A DNA stretch of 64,000 bases. It comes from Longimicrobiales bacterium (lineage in GTDB: Bacteria; Gemmatimonadota; Gemmatimonadetes; Longimicrobiales; Gaopeijiaceae). Made by a program: the position numbers and the translations under genes. Within the stretch, counting starts at the first letter, position 1. Each line of letters starts with the position of its first letter. This document shows positions 42,001-53,904 of the stretch, one piece after another. The stretch spans positions 2,528,001 through 2,592,000 of the forward strand of contig OZ241892.1 in NCBI GenBank assembly GCA_965203485.1. Reading direction: 5' to 3'. The notes beneath the pieces were generated by a model. The model saw only the letters and a list, made by a program, of their open reading frames with translations. It was not told the DNA's origin and did no database searches.

Positions 42001-43924
42001 CGTCGGCTCCGACCACTGGGCACTCGACGAGCAAGCGATGCTCGCGTGGGGCCCGGCGGGCGTCGAGGTCGCCGAGTTCTCGCTCTCCAGCCGGAGCGGC
42101 GACTTCTCTGCGCGCGCCGACGGGCGAATCGCCGGCGCCGAGGGCGGCTCCAGCCTGGAGGTGGACGTCGCCGGACTGGATCTCGGAGCGCTCGGCCGGC
42201 TCCTGCAAGCCGACAATTGGCCGGCAGGACGGATATCGGCCCGCGCCCGTCTGCGCGGCCCAGCCGAATCCCCGCGCTGGACGGGCGAACTCCGGGCGAC
42301 GAATGCGCGCTACGAGACGCTGGCCTTCGACGCGGTCGTGGCCGAAGCGGCGTACGACGGCGGTTCGGTCGCCGGAAGCGTCGAGGCGTCGACCGGCGGG
42401 AGGCGCGCCCTGGTCGTGGACGGATCGCTTCCGGCCGATTTCCGGCTGGGCGGCGCACCCCGCCCCCGCATCCCCGACGGGGTTCTGGCGCTCGACATCG
42501 CCGCCGATTCCCTGCCTGCCGCGCTCGTTCTCGGCGTCGTGGCGTCGCTCGAGGAGATCGGGGGCGTGGTGGACGGCCGCGTGCAGGTGGGAGGACGCCT
42601 GTCCGCGCCCCAGCCTTCGGGCGGCTTCCGCTTGGCGGGAGGGACAGCGCGGCTCGCCCCTCTCGGCGTCCGGCTGTCGGGGCTCGAGCTGGACTTCGGC
42701 GTGACTCCGGACGGCGTCGTCGCGGTCGCCGGCTCCGGGAACTCCGGAGGGCCGGTGCGCATTCAGGGGACGATCGACGTGGCCCGCCCGGCGGATCCCG
42801 TGTTCGACCTCGCCTTCTGGCCAAGGGAGCTTCAGATCGTGGACCGCCGGGACATGGTGGCCGCCGTCAGCGGCGACTCCATCACCTTGACCGGCTCCTT
42901 CAACTATCCGCTGATCCAGGGCGCGCTCGCCGTGGACGGCGGAACCGTATTCGTCGAGGAGCTCCGCCGCTCGTCGGAGGTCGTGGACTTCTACGACCAC
43001 GCGCTCTCCGCCGCCGCCCGCACCGTCGCCCTGGCGGGCGGGCGCCGCGCCGAGTCCGACATCGAGCTGAGCCCGTTCCTGTCCAACCTGCGCGTGCTCG
43101 TCGACGTGGACATCGGCCGCGGCAGCTGGCTTCGCTCCCGCGACCTCAACGTCGAGACCGAGGGCGCTCTGGTGGTGACCTTCGACCGCGAGAACAACCA
43201 GCTCATCCTGCAAGGCGACATGGGCGTCGTGCGCGGCACCTACAGCCGCTTGCCCCGCACGCTCAACATCACCGGGGGCCTGTTCCGCTTCCTGGGCCGC
43301 ACGCCCGACTTCAATCCCGAGATCGCGATCACCGCCGAGACCCGCCTGCGCACGCGCGGCGGCCAGCCCCTCACGATCACGGCCGGCATCTCCGGCAGCC
43401 TCGTCGCGCCCCAGGTCGTGCTCTCCAGCGACGCGGAGTCCGCCATCTCCGAGGCCGACCTCTACAGCTACCTGCTGCTCGGCCAACCCACGTCCGCGCT
43501 GCTCGGCCAGCCCCGCGCCACCTCGGTCGGCGCCGGAACCAACTTCCTGTTCGGCCAAGTCGCTTCGCAGATCGGCTACCTCCTCGCGCTGCGCCTCGAC
43601 GTGGACCACCTTTCCGTGTCCCAGGCCGAGCAGACCCAGGCCAACGCCGCGTTCGGGGCCTCGTCGCTCCAGATCGAGGTCGGCCGCTACGTCGTCGACA
43701 ACGTCTTCCTGACCGGCGTCTACCAGCGCGGCATCTGCGCCGACCCCAAGCTCCCCGTCAACAGCGTCGGCGTCCGCCTGGAAGTCGACATGCCCCGCGA
43801 CATGACCCTGGAAGGCTTCCTCGAAGACCGCTGCACCCGGCAAGGCTTCCGCGGCCTCGGCGGCCTCTCCTTGGAGCGCGCCCAAATCTGGGGCATCGCC
43901 TTCTACCGGGACTGGGGGTACTAG
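39077..43924 (+). CDS. tamB: Translocation and assembly module TamB (DUF490)
   Basis: N-terminal TM, long beta-taco-like region, 'LYSYLLLGQP', 'IEVGRYV'; 1615 aa. Confidence 0.85.
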   Translation: MGRPPVGPFRRGLQWRPPRSWRPRRRAPGGLSSSRGPRWLRRFLVWGISGFAVAAAVGVVAAVVVSRTAAGREAALDWALSTLRPSVNGSVAFESVGPGGLLGGATLRGVRVEDHLGRAVLTADSVRARYSLFDLLGGGRAIADLRLWSPVATIRPGVERLLARNADSTGPHPPGSADSRPDEAPRPLLRIRGVRLHDGAVILEGPERPPRRIDGIEGDLARVDVSPGEGVHLAAEVADAALSYPARSGRIGLAAFRGSATIGRDGVSVVANAFRLAGSEGSGRAFAERAGAGWRFDVEASLSELALADLAWIDPRLDHGSAAGDVRVVWEPGRLAVSTPGSVEVDLGGGGRLRLGGEVVRDSSTRFRGLRVEAQALASAEVERWTAAPLPVAGAFSGDMRVDGSPARLALAGTAALADPAAGETLASAAGAATVLGRFAFEDADVELDPFDYGLLRAVAPGVRWSGRGSVHVRADGDLREGVAVEVSAEHRSASAGDSSVAVVSGTLFGDTAVAVLDLDATLAPLSLAALRDALPACRPSGGDPPAPLDAPASTDGDDAGAAAHAPRAVAVSAATPAADTPAADISEAPAQAPAEAPVRCRPRFDLAGAVRGSVSLAGPLDRLAVSVSLDTPGGPVSGEGSANALDLSDGYEFAASFDAFRLSDVVPSLPQPTVATGSVRLSGHGLDRNSLRGSASASVRSSTVGPLALDSAEASAWVEDGVLHMQSLLAATEGLTLAGHGSLGLRADAQGEGLALSLRSPSVRPLRSILMGPNLVARDELTALERSIHEMDGADPDTFPTAREIRLDGALEGRVDLQGGLEDLSMQVSASFDGPAYRWHSAAAASVEAAVSGIRLLGPDSAAAGRDDRAQGSANAAAGPARTDEQAALAGGHAPGGTSRFAGVVVEGTFSADSLVLGGRAFESARVEGSYEFAGRAQARIRVARTEDERYEAEGAASLDGPQRSVTLDRLELAVGSDHWALDEQAMLAWGPAGVEVAEFSLSSRSGDFSARADGRIAGAEGGSSLEVDVAGLDLGALGRLLQADNWPAGRISARARLRGPAESPRWTGELRATNARYETLAFDAVVAEAAYDGGSVAGSVEASTGGRRALVVDGSLPADFRLGGAPRPRIPDGVLALDIAADSLPAALVLGVVASLEEIGGVVDGRVQVGGRLSAPQPSGGFRLAGGTARLAPLGVRLSGLELDFGVTPDGVVAVAGSGNSGGPVRIQGTIDVARPADPVFDLAFWPRELQIVDRRDMVAAVSGDSITLTGSFNYPLIQGALAVDGGTVFVEELRRSSEVVDFYDHALSAAARTVALAGGRRAESDIELSPFLSNLRVLVDVDIGRGSWLRSRDLNVETEGALVVTFDRENNQLILQGDMGVVRGTYSRLPRTLNITGGLFRFLGRTPDFNPEIAITAETRLRTRGGQPLTITAGISGSLVAPQVVLSSDAESAISEADLYSYLLLGQPTSALLGQPRATSVGAGTNFLFGQVASQIGYLLALRLDVDHLSVSQAEQTQANAAFGASSLQIEVGRYVVDNVFLTGVYQRGICADPKLPVNSVGVRLEVDMPRDMTLEGFLEDRCTRQGFRGLGGLSLERAQIWGIAFYRDWGY

Positions 43925-43952
43925 CGGAGACCGCGGTCCGCCCGGTTCGGCC

Positions 43953-44034
43953 GTCCTTATTCCGGTTTGAGTCCTTTTGTCGTAATAAGTACGTCCGTTA
44001 TTACGACTTGCGGCCTTAAGACGTAACAAGAGAC
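43953..44034. repeat. AT-rich cluster of related repeats with a perfect 10-bp inverted repeat
   Basis: GTCGTAATAA (43979-43988), 9-bp spacer, TTATTACGAC (43998-44007), plus related copies on both strands. Confidence 0.7.
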
Positions 44035-44370
44035 GGCATCTTTGCAATCGGCGGCCGACGGGTCCGTTGCTTGTTCCCTCCCAGTTGCGAAATCCATGCC
44101 GAACTGATAGTTTCGCGAATCATCGCCGCCGCCCGACCCCGCACCGCGACTGGGACCTTGCCCGCTTCTCGATCCTCCGCCGCCGTTGCCCGACCGCCGG
44201 CGCCATTGCGTGGACAACGCCACGTGGCACCCGCCCGTCGAGTGCGCACCCGGCTCCGCCCCATGCGGCCCGTTCGCAACCCGAGCGCCTGTTGAGCTCC
44301 CTGTTGCCCGACGCCTACCGAGCCCGCCTCACCGTCGCGAACGCCCGAGCGAACCCGCAGGACGTCTGAC

Positions 44371-46392
44371 ATGCATGTCGCCTTCGGCAACGGTGATCGC
44401 TTCTACAGTCCTACTAGCCTCCTTGTCCAGACATCGATTGTTCGCGATCACGCGCGATACCGGACAAGACCGGATAAACGACAGCGGCTCGGTCAATACT
44501 TCACGCCCGTTTGGGTAGCGGAGTTCATGGCATCAATGTTCGGCCGCAACCACGATGGCCGTCCCGTGCGTGTCTTGGATCCGGGCGCCGGAGCCGGAAC
44601 GCTGTTTGCCGCCTATGTTGCACACTGCTTGATGCAAGACCGCCTTCCGCGATCCCTATCGGTGACGGCTTTCGAGATCGATTCAGCGCTTCGACCTTTT
44701 CTGGAACAAACCGCAGAGGCCGTGCGATGCGCGTGCGAAGCCGTCGACTTGGACTGCGAAGTCATGCTCCGATGCGAAGACTTCACTACGTGGGCGGCAG
44801 ACGAGCAAGCCGGCAGCATGTTCAGCGAGCAAGAAACATTCGACGCTGCGATCCTCAATCCACCGTACAAGAAGCTGGCTTCGTCTTCAACGCTCCGGCG
44901 TCGCCTCGACGTGCTCGGCATCTCCGCACCCAACCTTTACGCCGCGTTTCTTGGACTTGCCATTCATGTCGTGAAGCCGGGTGGCTCCATCGTCGCGATC
45001 GTTCCGAGAAGTTTCTGCAACGGCACGTACTTCAAGAACTTTAGACGCTATCTTCTTGATTCCGTCGACATTCGTCGCATTCATTCGTTCGGTCGGCGGG
45101 ACGCGGCCTTCGGGCAAGACTCGGTACTTCAAGAGAACGTCGTGCTGGCCTTGCGGCGCAGCATCAAGAAGACCAACATTGTATCCCTGTCGTTCAACGA
45201 CGGCGGGGAGAACGACCCAGTATGGATTCGGAAGACATCGGCATCGGACGTTGTCCATTCAGACGATCCAAATCTTGTCGTCCGCTTGCCCCGCGACAGC
45301 TGGAGCCTCCGTATTGCAGATAGCGTGGCGACACTCCCATGCTCGTTACCGCACTTGGGCATCGAGGTATCCACGGGTCCCGTCGTCGGCTTTCGACATC
45401 GACGTTCTTTCGCTTCGCCGAATGCATCGCGGGACGTCGTACCCCTTCTTCATCCTGCTAACTTTCGTAACATGCACGTCCGCTGGCCAGTTGACGCAGG
45501 GAAGCCTCAGGGCTTGATGTTTTCCAACAAGACGGAGCGAGTCCTTGTGCCCCGTGGTTGGTACGTGGTCACGCGAAGATTCACGACCAAAGAGGAGCCG
45601 CGCCGTATTGTGGCGTCGGTGATCGATCCTGGCTTTTCCGACGCGACCCATATTGGCATTGAGAATCATCTCAACTATTTTCATCGGTTCGGGCGATCTC
45701 TCGACCGGGCCCAGGCGCTCGGCCTGGCGACGTTCTTGAACAGTAGTTGGATGGACAACTACTTCCGGCAGTTGTCCGGTCACACGCAAGTAAATGCTTC
45801 CGATCTCAGAAACTTGAAATACCCCTACAAGGAAAGCCTAATGCACTTGGGAGAGGTTCTGGACGATCCCCTGGTCGATCAAGAAGCCGACGCTGCCCTA
45901 CGCACATACTGCAAGGAGATGCACGACATGCCGGAAAGCAATGTTGTCCAACACCGAATCGGTGAAGCGCTGTCTGTGCTTCGGGAACTTGGCTTGCCCA
46001 AGGCTCAACAGAATGAACGCTCCGCTCTCGCCTTGCTGGCGCTCTTGAGATTGCGACCGGGCGACCCGTGGACAGCCGTCTCAGATCCATTGATCGGCGT
46101 AACGCCCATCATGAAATGGGCCGCCACACACTATGACAGGAGCTACGCTCCCAACACTAGGGAGACCTTTCGACGATTCACGCTTCATCAGTTTGTAGAT
46201 GCAGGACTCGTGGTTCCGAATCCGGATCAACCCCATCGCCCCGTCAATAGTCCGAAGTACTGTTATCAGCTAACGCCTGAAGCTCTGTCCTTGATCAAGA
46301 CATACGGTACTAGCGAATGGCGCTTTCTGTTACGGCAAGATGCCGGATGTCGTCGTCTACGATCGGGAACGGGACTGGCTGATTCTCGTTGA
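44371..46392 (+). CDS. N6-adenine DNA methyltransferase (M.BsuBI/M.PstI-like) fused in frame to the N-terminal half of a BsuBI/PstI-type endonuclease
   Basis: 'LGQYFTP', 'LDPGAGAG', 'ILNPPY', 'RRFTTKEEPRR', 'SGHTQVNASDL'; then 'QQNERSALALLAL', 'YAPNTRETFRRFTLHQF'. Confidence 0.85.
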   Translation: MHVAFGNGDRFYSPTSLLVQTSIVRDHARYRTRPDKRQRLGQYFTPVWVAEFMASMFGRNHDGRPVRVLDPGAGAGTLFAAYVAHCLMQDRLPRSLSVTAFEIDSALRPFLEQTAEAVRCACEAVDLDCEVMLRCEDFTTWAADEQAGSMFSEQETFDAAILNPPYKKLASSSTLRRRLDVLGISAPNLYAAFLGLAIHVVKPGGSIVAIVPRSFCNGTYFKNFRRYLLDSVDIRRIHSFGRRDAAFGQDSVLQENVVLALRRSIKKTNIVSLSFNDGGENDPVWIRKTSASDVVHSDDPNLVVRLPRDSWSLRIADSVATLPCSLPHLGIEVSTGPVVGFRHRRSFASPNASRDVVPLLHPANFRNMHVRWPVDAGKPQGLMFSNKTERVLVPRGWYVVTRRFTTKEEPRRIVASVIDPGFSDATHIGIENHLNYFHRFGRSLDRAQALGLATFLNSSWMDNYFRQLSGHTQVNASDLRNLKYPYKESLMHLGEVLDDPLVDQEADAALRTYCKEMHDMPESNVVQHRIGEALSVLRELGLPKAQQNERSALALLALLRLRPGDPWTAVSDPLIGVTPIMKWAATHYDRSYAPNTRETFRRFTLHQFVDAGLVVPNPDQPHRPVNSPKYCYQLTPEALSLIKTYGTSEWRFLLRQDAGCRRLRSGTGLADSR

Positions 46393-46633
46393 AGCGGTAA
46401 CCAGCCATGGACCGGTGAACCCGAAGCGGCGGGCGGAGCTGTCGAACCTCTTGGCCGGCGCTGGTCCGGGGCTGGTCTTCGTCACCGCATTCGAAGATCG
46501 GCGAACGTTCTTGCGGCACGCGGGGGACGTCGCGTGGCATACCGAGGTCTGGATCGCCGAGTCTCCGAGCCACGTGATTCACTTTGACGGGGAGCGGTTT
46601 CTTGGACCCTACGGAGACGACCCCGCCCGGTAG
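46340..46633 (+). pseudogene. Detached catalytic C-terminus of a BsuBI/PstI-type endonuclease
   Basis: '(GK)MPDVVVY..WLILVEAVTSHGPV..KRR', 'VAWHTEVW', 'HFDGERFLGPY'; out of frame with the N-half, and the central segment appears missing. Confidence 0.8.
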
Positions 46634-46886
46634 CGGAGGATCCACGCTGACGACGACGGACATTCTCAACTGCGACCACGGCTGACGGGATCACCGGGAC
46701 GTTCCGCCGGAAGAACAGCCACGCAGTGAGCCAGCCGGTCGCAAGGGATGCCAACGAGGCCGGGTGGACGAAGAGCGGACGCGCGGCAACATCGAAACCC
46801 AGCTTCGGCCGGACTCGCGCTCCGGGCTTATCTTTGTGCCCATCGGCCGGTCTCGGTTCGTCGTTCGGGAAGTGGAGGAGGCGGCA

Positions 46887-47731
46887 ATGCAGCACGCCAG
46901 GGTTTTCTTGCTCATGGCCGGGCTCACGGCGTTCGTGGCGTTCGTGGGAGGGGCTCTGGGCGGGCAGAGCGGCGCGGCGCTGGCGTTCGGCGTAGCCATC
47001 GTCATGAACGCCGGCATGTACTGGTGCTCGGACCGGATGGTCTTGCGGATGTACCGCGCCAGGATCGTGGACGAGGCGCAGGCGCCGGGACTCTACCGGA
47101 TGGTGGACCGGCTGCGGCGCCGGGCGGACCTGCCGATGCCGGCGGTGGCGGTCGCGCCGTCGGCGCAACCCAACGCCTTTGCGACGGGGCGCAATCCGTC
47201 GCGGGCCGTGGTGTGCTTCACCGAGGGCATCCTCGAGGCCCTCACGCCCCAAGAACTCGAAGGCGTCACCGCTCACGAGCTGGCTCACGTCAAGCACCGG
47301 CACATGCTCACCGGCACGATCGCCGCGACGATGGCCGGGGCCGTGGGCATCCTTTCCAGCATGGTCCGCTGGGCGACGATCTTCGGGGGCGGGCGGGACG
47401 ACGACAACCACCCCGTGACGATGCTCGTCATGGCGCTCGTCGCGCCGCTGGGCGCCATGATCATCCAGATGGCGATCAGCCGCCAGAACGAGTTCCAGGC
47501 CGACCGCACGGGTGGCCGAATCGCCGGCAGTCCGCTGCACTTGGCGTCCGCTCTCCGCACGCTCGAGCGGGGCTCGCAGCGCATCCCGATGCGGGTGAAC
47601 CCGGCGGCGGCCCAGCTGGCCATCGTCAACCCCTTCGGCGCCCGCCAGCCGGCGCTGCTGAAGCTGTTCCGCACGCATCCCCCCACCGAGGAGCGCGTCG
47701 CCCGCCTGTCGGCGCAGGCCCGGGAGTCCGC

Positions 47732-47735
<4 letters not shown>
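46887..47735 (+). CDS. htpX: Zinc metalloprotease HtpX
   Basis: SD GGAGGAGG; '[10 protein letters not shown]', 'HELAH', '[10 protein letters not shown]', 'THPPTEER'. Confidence 0.93.
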
Positions 47736-50695
<2,960 letters not shown>

Positions 50696-50725
50696 AGGAG
50701 CGGCGGACGCCGCGGTATCCAGCGG

Positions 50726-50755
50726 TTGGACGCTCGCCACGGGCGGCGTTATGCT
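50726..50755 (+). promoter_or_regulatory. Putative sigma70-type promoter for the ybjN-like/pspA/dat genes
   Basis: TTGGAC ... TATGCT with 18-nt spacing, upstream of SD AAGGAG. Confidence 0.3.
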
Positions 50756-50791
50756 CGTAGACCTGCACCCCTTCCCTCTTGAAGGAGAAAC

Positions 50792-51187
50792 ATGAAGACC
50801 CGAGACGACCTGGAGAGCTACTTGATCCGCATGGACGCGGACTTCAAGGAAGTGGACGACGGAATGTTCCTGATCCAGACCGACGGAGCGCCGATCGTCG
50901 TCCATCACTCGGAGCCGTCGCTCTTGATTCGGATGAAGGTCATGGACCTCCCCGAGGATCACGGCGGCCTTTGCGCCCTGTACGAAGCCCTGCTGATCCT
51001 CAACGCCACCGACGTGGTCCACGGCGCCTACGGCATCGAGGAGGGCGAACTGATCCTCAGCGACACGCTTCAGCTGGCCACCCTGGACTTCGAGGAACTG
51101 CGAGCCTCGCTCGACAGCATTCAGATCGCCGCGTCGTCCCACATGGCGCGCATTCGCGAGCTGGTGGCAGGAGGCGAAGCCGCATGA
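50792..51187 (+). CDS. YbjN/CesT-like chaperone-fold protein
   Basis: Small acidic protein, 'LYEALLILNATDVVHGAYGI', coupled to pspA. Confidence 0.75.
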   Translation: MKTRDDLESYLIRMDADFKEVDDGMFLIQTDGAPIVVHHSEPSLLIRMKVMDLPEDHGGLCALYEALLILNATDVVHGAYGIEEGELILSDTLQLATLDFEELRASLDSIQIAASSHMARIRELVAGGEAA

Positions 51188-52044
51188 GCATCTTCAGCCG
51201 CTTCTCCACGATGATCAAGTCGAACATCAACGACCTGATCTCCCGGGCCGAGAACCCGGAGAAGATGCTGAACCAGGTCATCGTGGACATGAGAGACCAG
51301 CTCGCCAAGGCCAAGCGGGAGGTGGCGGGAGCCATCGCCGACGAGCGCAAGCTGAAGGGCCAGCTGGAGGCCGAGGTCAAGCAAGCGCGGGACTGGGAGC
51401 AGCGGGCCGTTCTGGCCGTTCGCCAGGAACGCGACGACTTGGCGAAGCAGGCGCTGATGCGCCAGCAGGAGCACGGAGAGCGCGCCGCGACACTCGAGAA
51501 CGCGTGGCGAGCCCAGGCGGCGGAGACCGAGAAGCTCAAGAGCGCGCTCCGGCAGCTCAACGACAAGATCGAAGAGGCGAAGCGCAAGCGGAACCTGCTC
51601 ATGGCCAAGCAGAAGCGGGCGATGGCGCAGAGGCGCATCCACCAGACCATGTCGGGGCTCTCCGACACGTCGGCCTTCGACGCGTTCAACCGCATGGCCG
51701 ACAAGATCGAGGCGCAGGAACGCCGCGGCTTGGCCGAGGCGGAGCTGGCCGAGACGCTTTCCGGCGACACCTTGGAGAGCGAGTTCCTGCGGCTGGAGCA
51801 GGGGTCGGGCGGAGGCGACGTGGAAAACCGCCTGGAAGCGCTCAAGTCCGAGATGGGACTGTTGCCGGGAGCCGGCGCCGAGGAGCCGAAGCGGCTCGAG
51901 GCGGGGTCGGAGCCGGAAGCCGCGCAGGACGCCGGCACGGCCGGCGACGGCGGCAAGGAAGAAGCCGCTCCGATTCACGAGGCCGATCTGCTGGCCGAGT
52001 TCAGCAAGCTGGGCGACGGCGGCAAGAACGGGGCCGGGACTTGA
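51184..52044 (+). CDS. pspA: PspA/IM30 family protein
   Basis: 'MSIFSRFSTMIKSNIN', 'ENPEKML', long coiled coil, 'FNRMADKI'. Confidence 0.92.
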   Translation: MSIFSRFSTMIKSNINDLISRAENPEKMLNQVIVDMRDQLAKAKREVAGAIADERKLKGQLEAEVKQARDWEQRAVLAVRQERDDLAKQALMRQQEHGERAATLENAWRAQAAETEKLKSALRQLNDKIEEAKRKRNLLMAKQKRAMAQRRIHQTMSGLSDTSAFDAFNRMADKIEAQERRGLAEAELAETLSGDTLESEFLRLEQGSGGGDVENRLEALKSEMGLLPGAGAEEPKRLEAGSEPEAAQDAGTAGDGGKEEAAPIHEADLLAEFSKLGDGGKNGAGT

Positions 52045-52895
52045 GCGTCGTCCACCTGAACGGCGAGTACCTGGAGGAGTCCCGAGCGCGGGTCTCGGTC
52101 GACGACCGCGGCTTCGTGCTGGCGGACGGCGTCTACGAGGTGACCCCGGCGTACGGCGGCCGCCTGTTCCGCCTTGACCAGCACGTGGCCCGCATGAGGC
52201 ACGGACTGGAGGCGTTGCGGATCGACTTCGACGCCGCGGCGATCGAAGGCGTGAAGGCCGGACTGCTGGACCGAAACGGACTACGGGACGAGCCGGTGTC
52301 CTACGTCTACGTGCAAGTGACCCGGGGCGCGGCGCCGAGAACCCACGCCTTCCCGCACCCGCCGGTCCCGCCGGGCGTCTACGGCTTCGCGAGACCGTAC
52401 CGGCGGCCCGCCAAGGAGCGTTGGCTGGAGGGCTTCAAGGCGGTCACGGTCGCCGACCAGAGATGGGCGCGGGTGGACATCAAGGCCATCGCGCTGCTCC
52501 CGAACGTGCTGGCCCAGCAGGCGGCCGCCGACGCGGGAGCCAGCGACGCGATCTTCGTGCGCGACGGCATGGCCATGGAAGGCGCCCACAACAACCTCTT
52601 CGCGGTGTTCGGCGGCGCCCTGGCCACGGCGCCGAAGTCCAACTACATCCTGCACGGCGTCACCCGCGACTTCGTCATCGGAATCGCGGACGATCTGGGG
52701 ATTCCCGTCGAGGAGCGACCCGTGCCCGCGGCCGACCTCTTCCAAGCCGACGAGGTCTTCCTGACCGGCACCACGACCGAGATTCGGCCCATAGCCGAGA
52801 TCGACGGACGCCGCATCGGCGAGGGCAGGGCCGGACCCGTTGCGCGCCGTCTGTTCCGCGAATTCCTGCGGAGGGTCGCGGCCGCGGAGAGTTGA
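52041..52895 (+). CDS. dat: D-amino-acid aminotransferase (PLP class IV)
   Basis: 'DRGFVLADGVYEV', 'YVQVTRG..PRTH', 'RWARVDIK..LLPNVL', 'ILHGVTR'. Confidence 0.85.
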   Translation: MSVVHLNGEYLEESRARVSVDDRGFVLADGVYEVTPAYGGRLFRLDQHVARMRHGLEALRIDFDAAAIEGVKAGLLDRNGLRDEPVSYVYVQVTRGAAPRTHAFPHPPVPPGVYGFARPYRRPAKERWLEGFKAVTVADQRWARVDIKAIALLPNVLAQQAAADAGASDAIFVRDGMAMEGAHNNLFAVFGGALATAPKSNYILHGVTRDFVIGIADDLGIPVEERPVPAADLFQADEVFLTGTTTEIRPIAEIDGRRIGEGRAGPVARRLFREFLRRVAAAES

Positions 52896-53071
52896 CGGCG
52901 CTGGGCACGGGCCGAACGGACACAACAACGCCGCGCCACCGTCACGACTTGTTGCGGCGTTCCTGTTCGTTGCGCTCTTGTTCGCCGCCGATCAACCAGC
53001 CTTCGCCCTGGCCCCACGCGGAAACGGTCCGGCGGGCCGCAGGGACTACCGGTTGCGCCCGCTTCAGCGCT

Positions 53072-53791
53072 TCAGTCGTCGCCGACCCGGGTGGGGGCGT
53101 TCGCCTGGGAGCCGTGGCTGTGGCTGGGGGGCGGGCGCGGCGTCAGCATCTGGCGGATGTCGGACTCGTACAGGTCGATCACGTCGTCGGCCAGCTGCGC
53201 GACCTCGCGGGCCACGCTCGCCCGGTACGGTGTGGCGACCAGCACCCGGCTTCCGAAGTCCTGCACGGCGCGGATCGCCTCGGCGAGATCGCGGTCGCCC
53301 GCCACGAGCACCGCGGTGGAGAAGATCGACCGTCCGGCCAGCCGCACCATGTCCAGCGCGATGAGCGTGTCGACGCCCTTCTGCTCGCGCTCGAGGCGGA
53401 ACTTCCAGTTGCGGTCGAACTCGCCGAGGAGCTTCTCGGGCTCGATGCCCAGGCCGTGGGCCGTGTTCTCGAGCGCGCGCCGAATGGGCTGCTCCAGACG
53501 GGGCGGGCGTTCGGCGATGTGGCCCAGCCGCAACTGGATGCCCGGCGTCATGCCGATGGCGTCGAAGAACGACCGCTGGCCGCCGTAGTGCTGGTGGGCC
53601 GGATCGAACGCGCTGTCGTACCAGTAGGCGCGCAGGAAGCTCTGTCCCGCCAGCTGGCCAGCGATCGAGCGAAACCAGGCGACGATCGCGGCGGCGTCCG
53701 GACGGACGTTGTTGCGGTGCTCGCGGATCGCCCGGGCGCCCTCCGCCCTGAGGAATCCGACGTCCACGAATCCAGCGTACGTCCCGGCCAT
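53072..53791 (-). CDS. NYN (LabA/DUF88, PIN-like) domain protein
   Basis: 'FVDVGFL', 'RAYWYDS', 'EQKGVDTLIALDM', 'VAGDRDL'. Confidence 0.88.
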   Translation of the reverse strand: MAGTYAGFVDVGFLRAEGARAIREHRNNVRPDAAAIVAWFRSIAGQLAGQSFLRAYWYDSAFDPAHQHYGGQRSFFDAIGMTPGIQLRLGHIAERPPRLEQPIRRALENTAHGLGIEPEKLLGEFDRNWKFRLEREQKGVDTLIALDMVRLAGRSIFSTAVLVAGDRDLAEAIRAVQDFGSRVLVATPYRASVAREVAQLADDVIDLYESDIRQMLTPRPPPSHSHGSQANAPTRVGDD

Positions 53792-53904
53792 TGCGCGCGT
53801 CCTTTCTGCAAGGGGGTTGGAATGCAAGGAGATTCCGGGGAAGGCGGGAAGGCTAACGAGTGCGGCGGCCCTAGTCCAGTGGCACAGTCCGGCCGTCCCA
53901 AGTC

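Noticed and set aside
43979..44007. Possible XerCD dif site
   Set aside because: The spacer is 9 bp rather than 6 and the arms are perfectly symmetric; kept only as a generic repeat cluster.
39134..44047. Very long antisense ORFs (1637 aa here; also 20174-24145, 35529-38762, 47285-49987)
   Set aside because: Shadow frames of high-GC genes: Arg/Ala/Gly-rich with no motifs, opposite well-supported CDSs.
52896..53071. Hairpin AACGCCGC/GCGGCGTT and a signal-peptide-like frame 'LVAAFLFVALLFAADQPAFA'
   Set aside because: No start codon or SD and no downstream domain; most likely a terminator region or tiny remnant between convergent genes.
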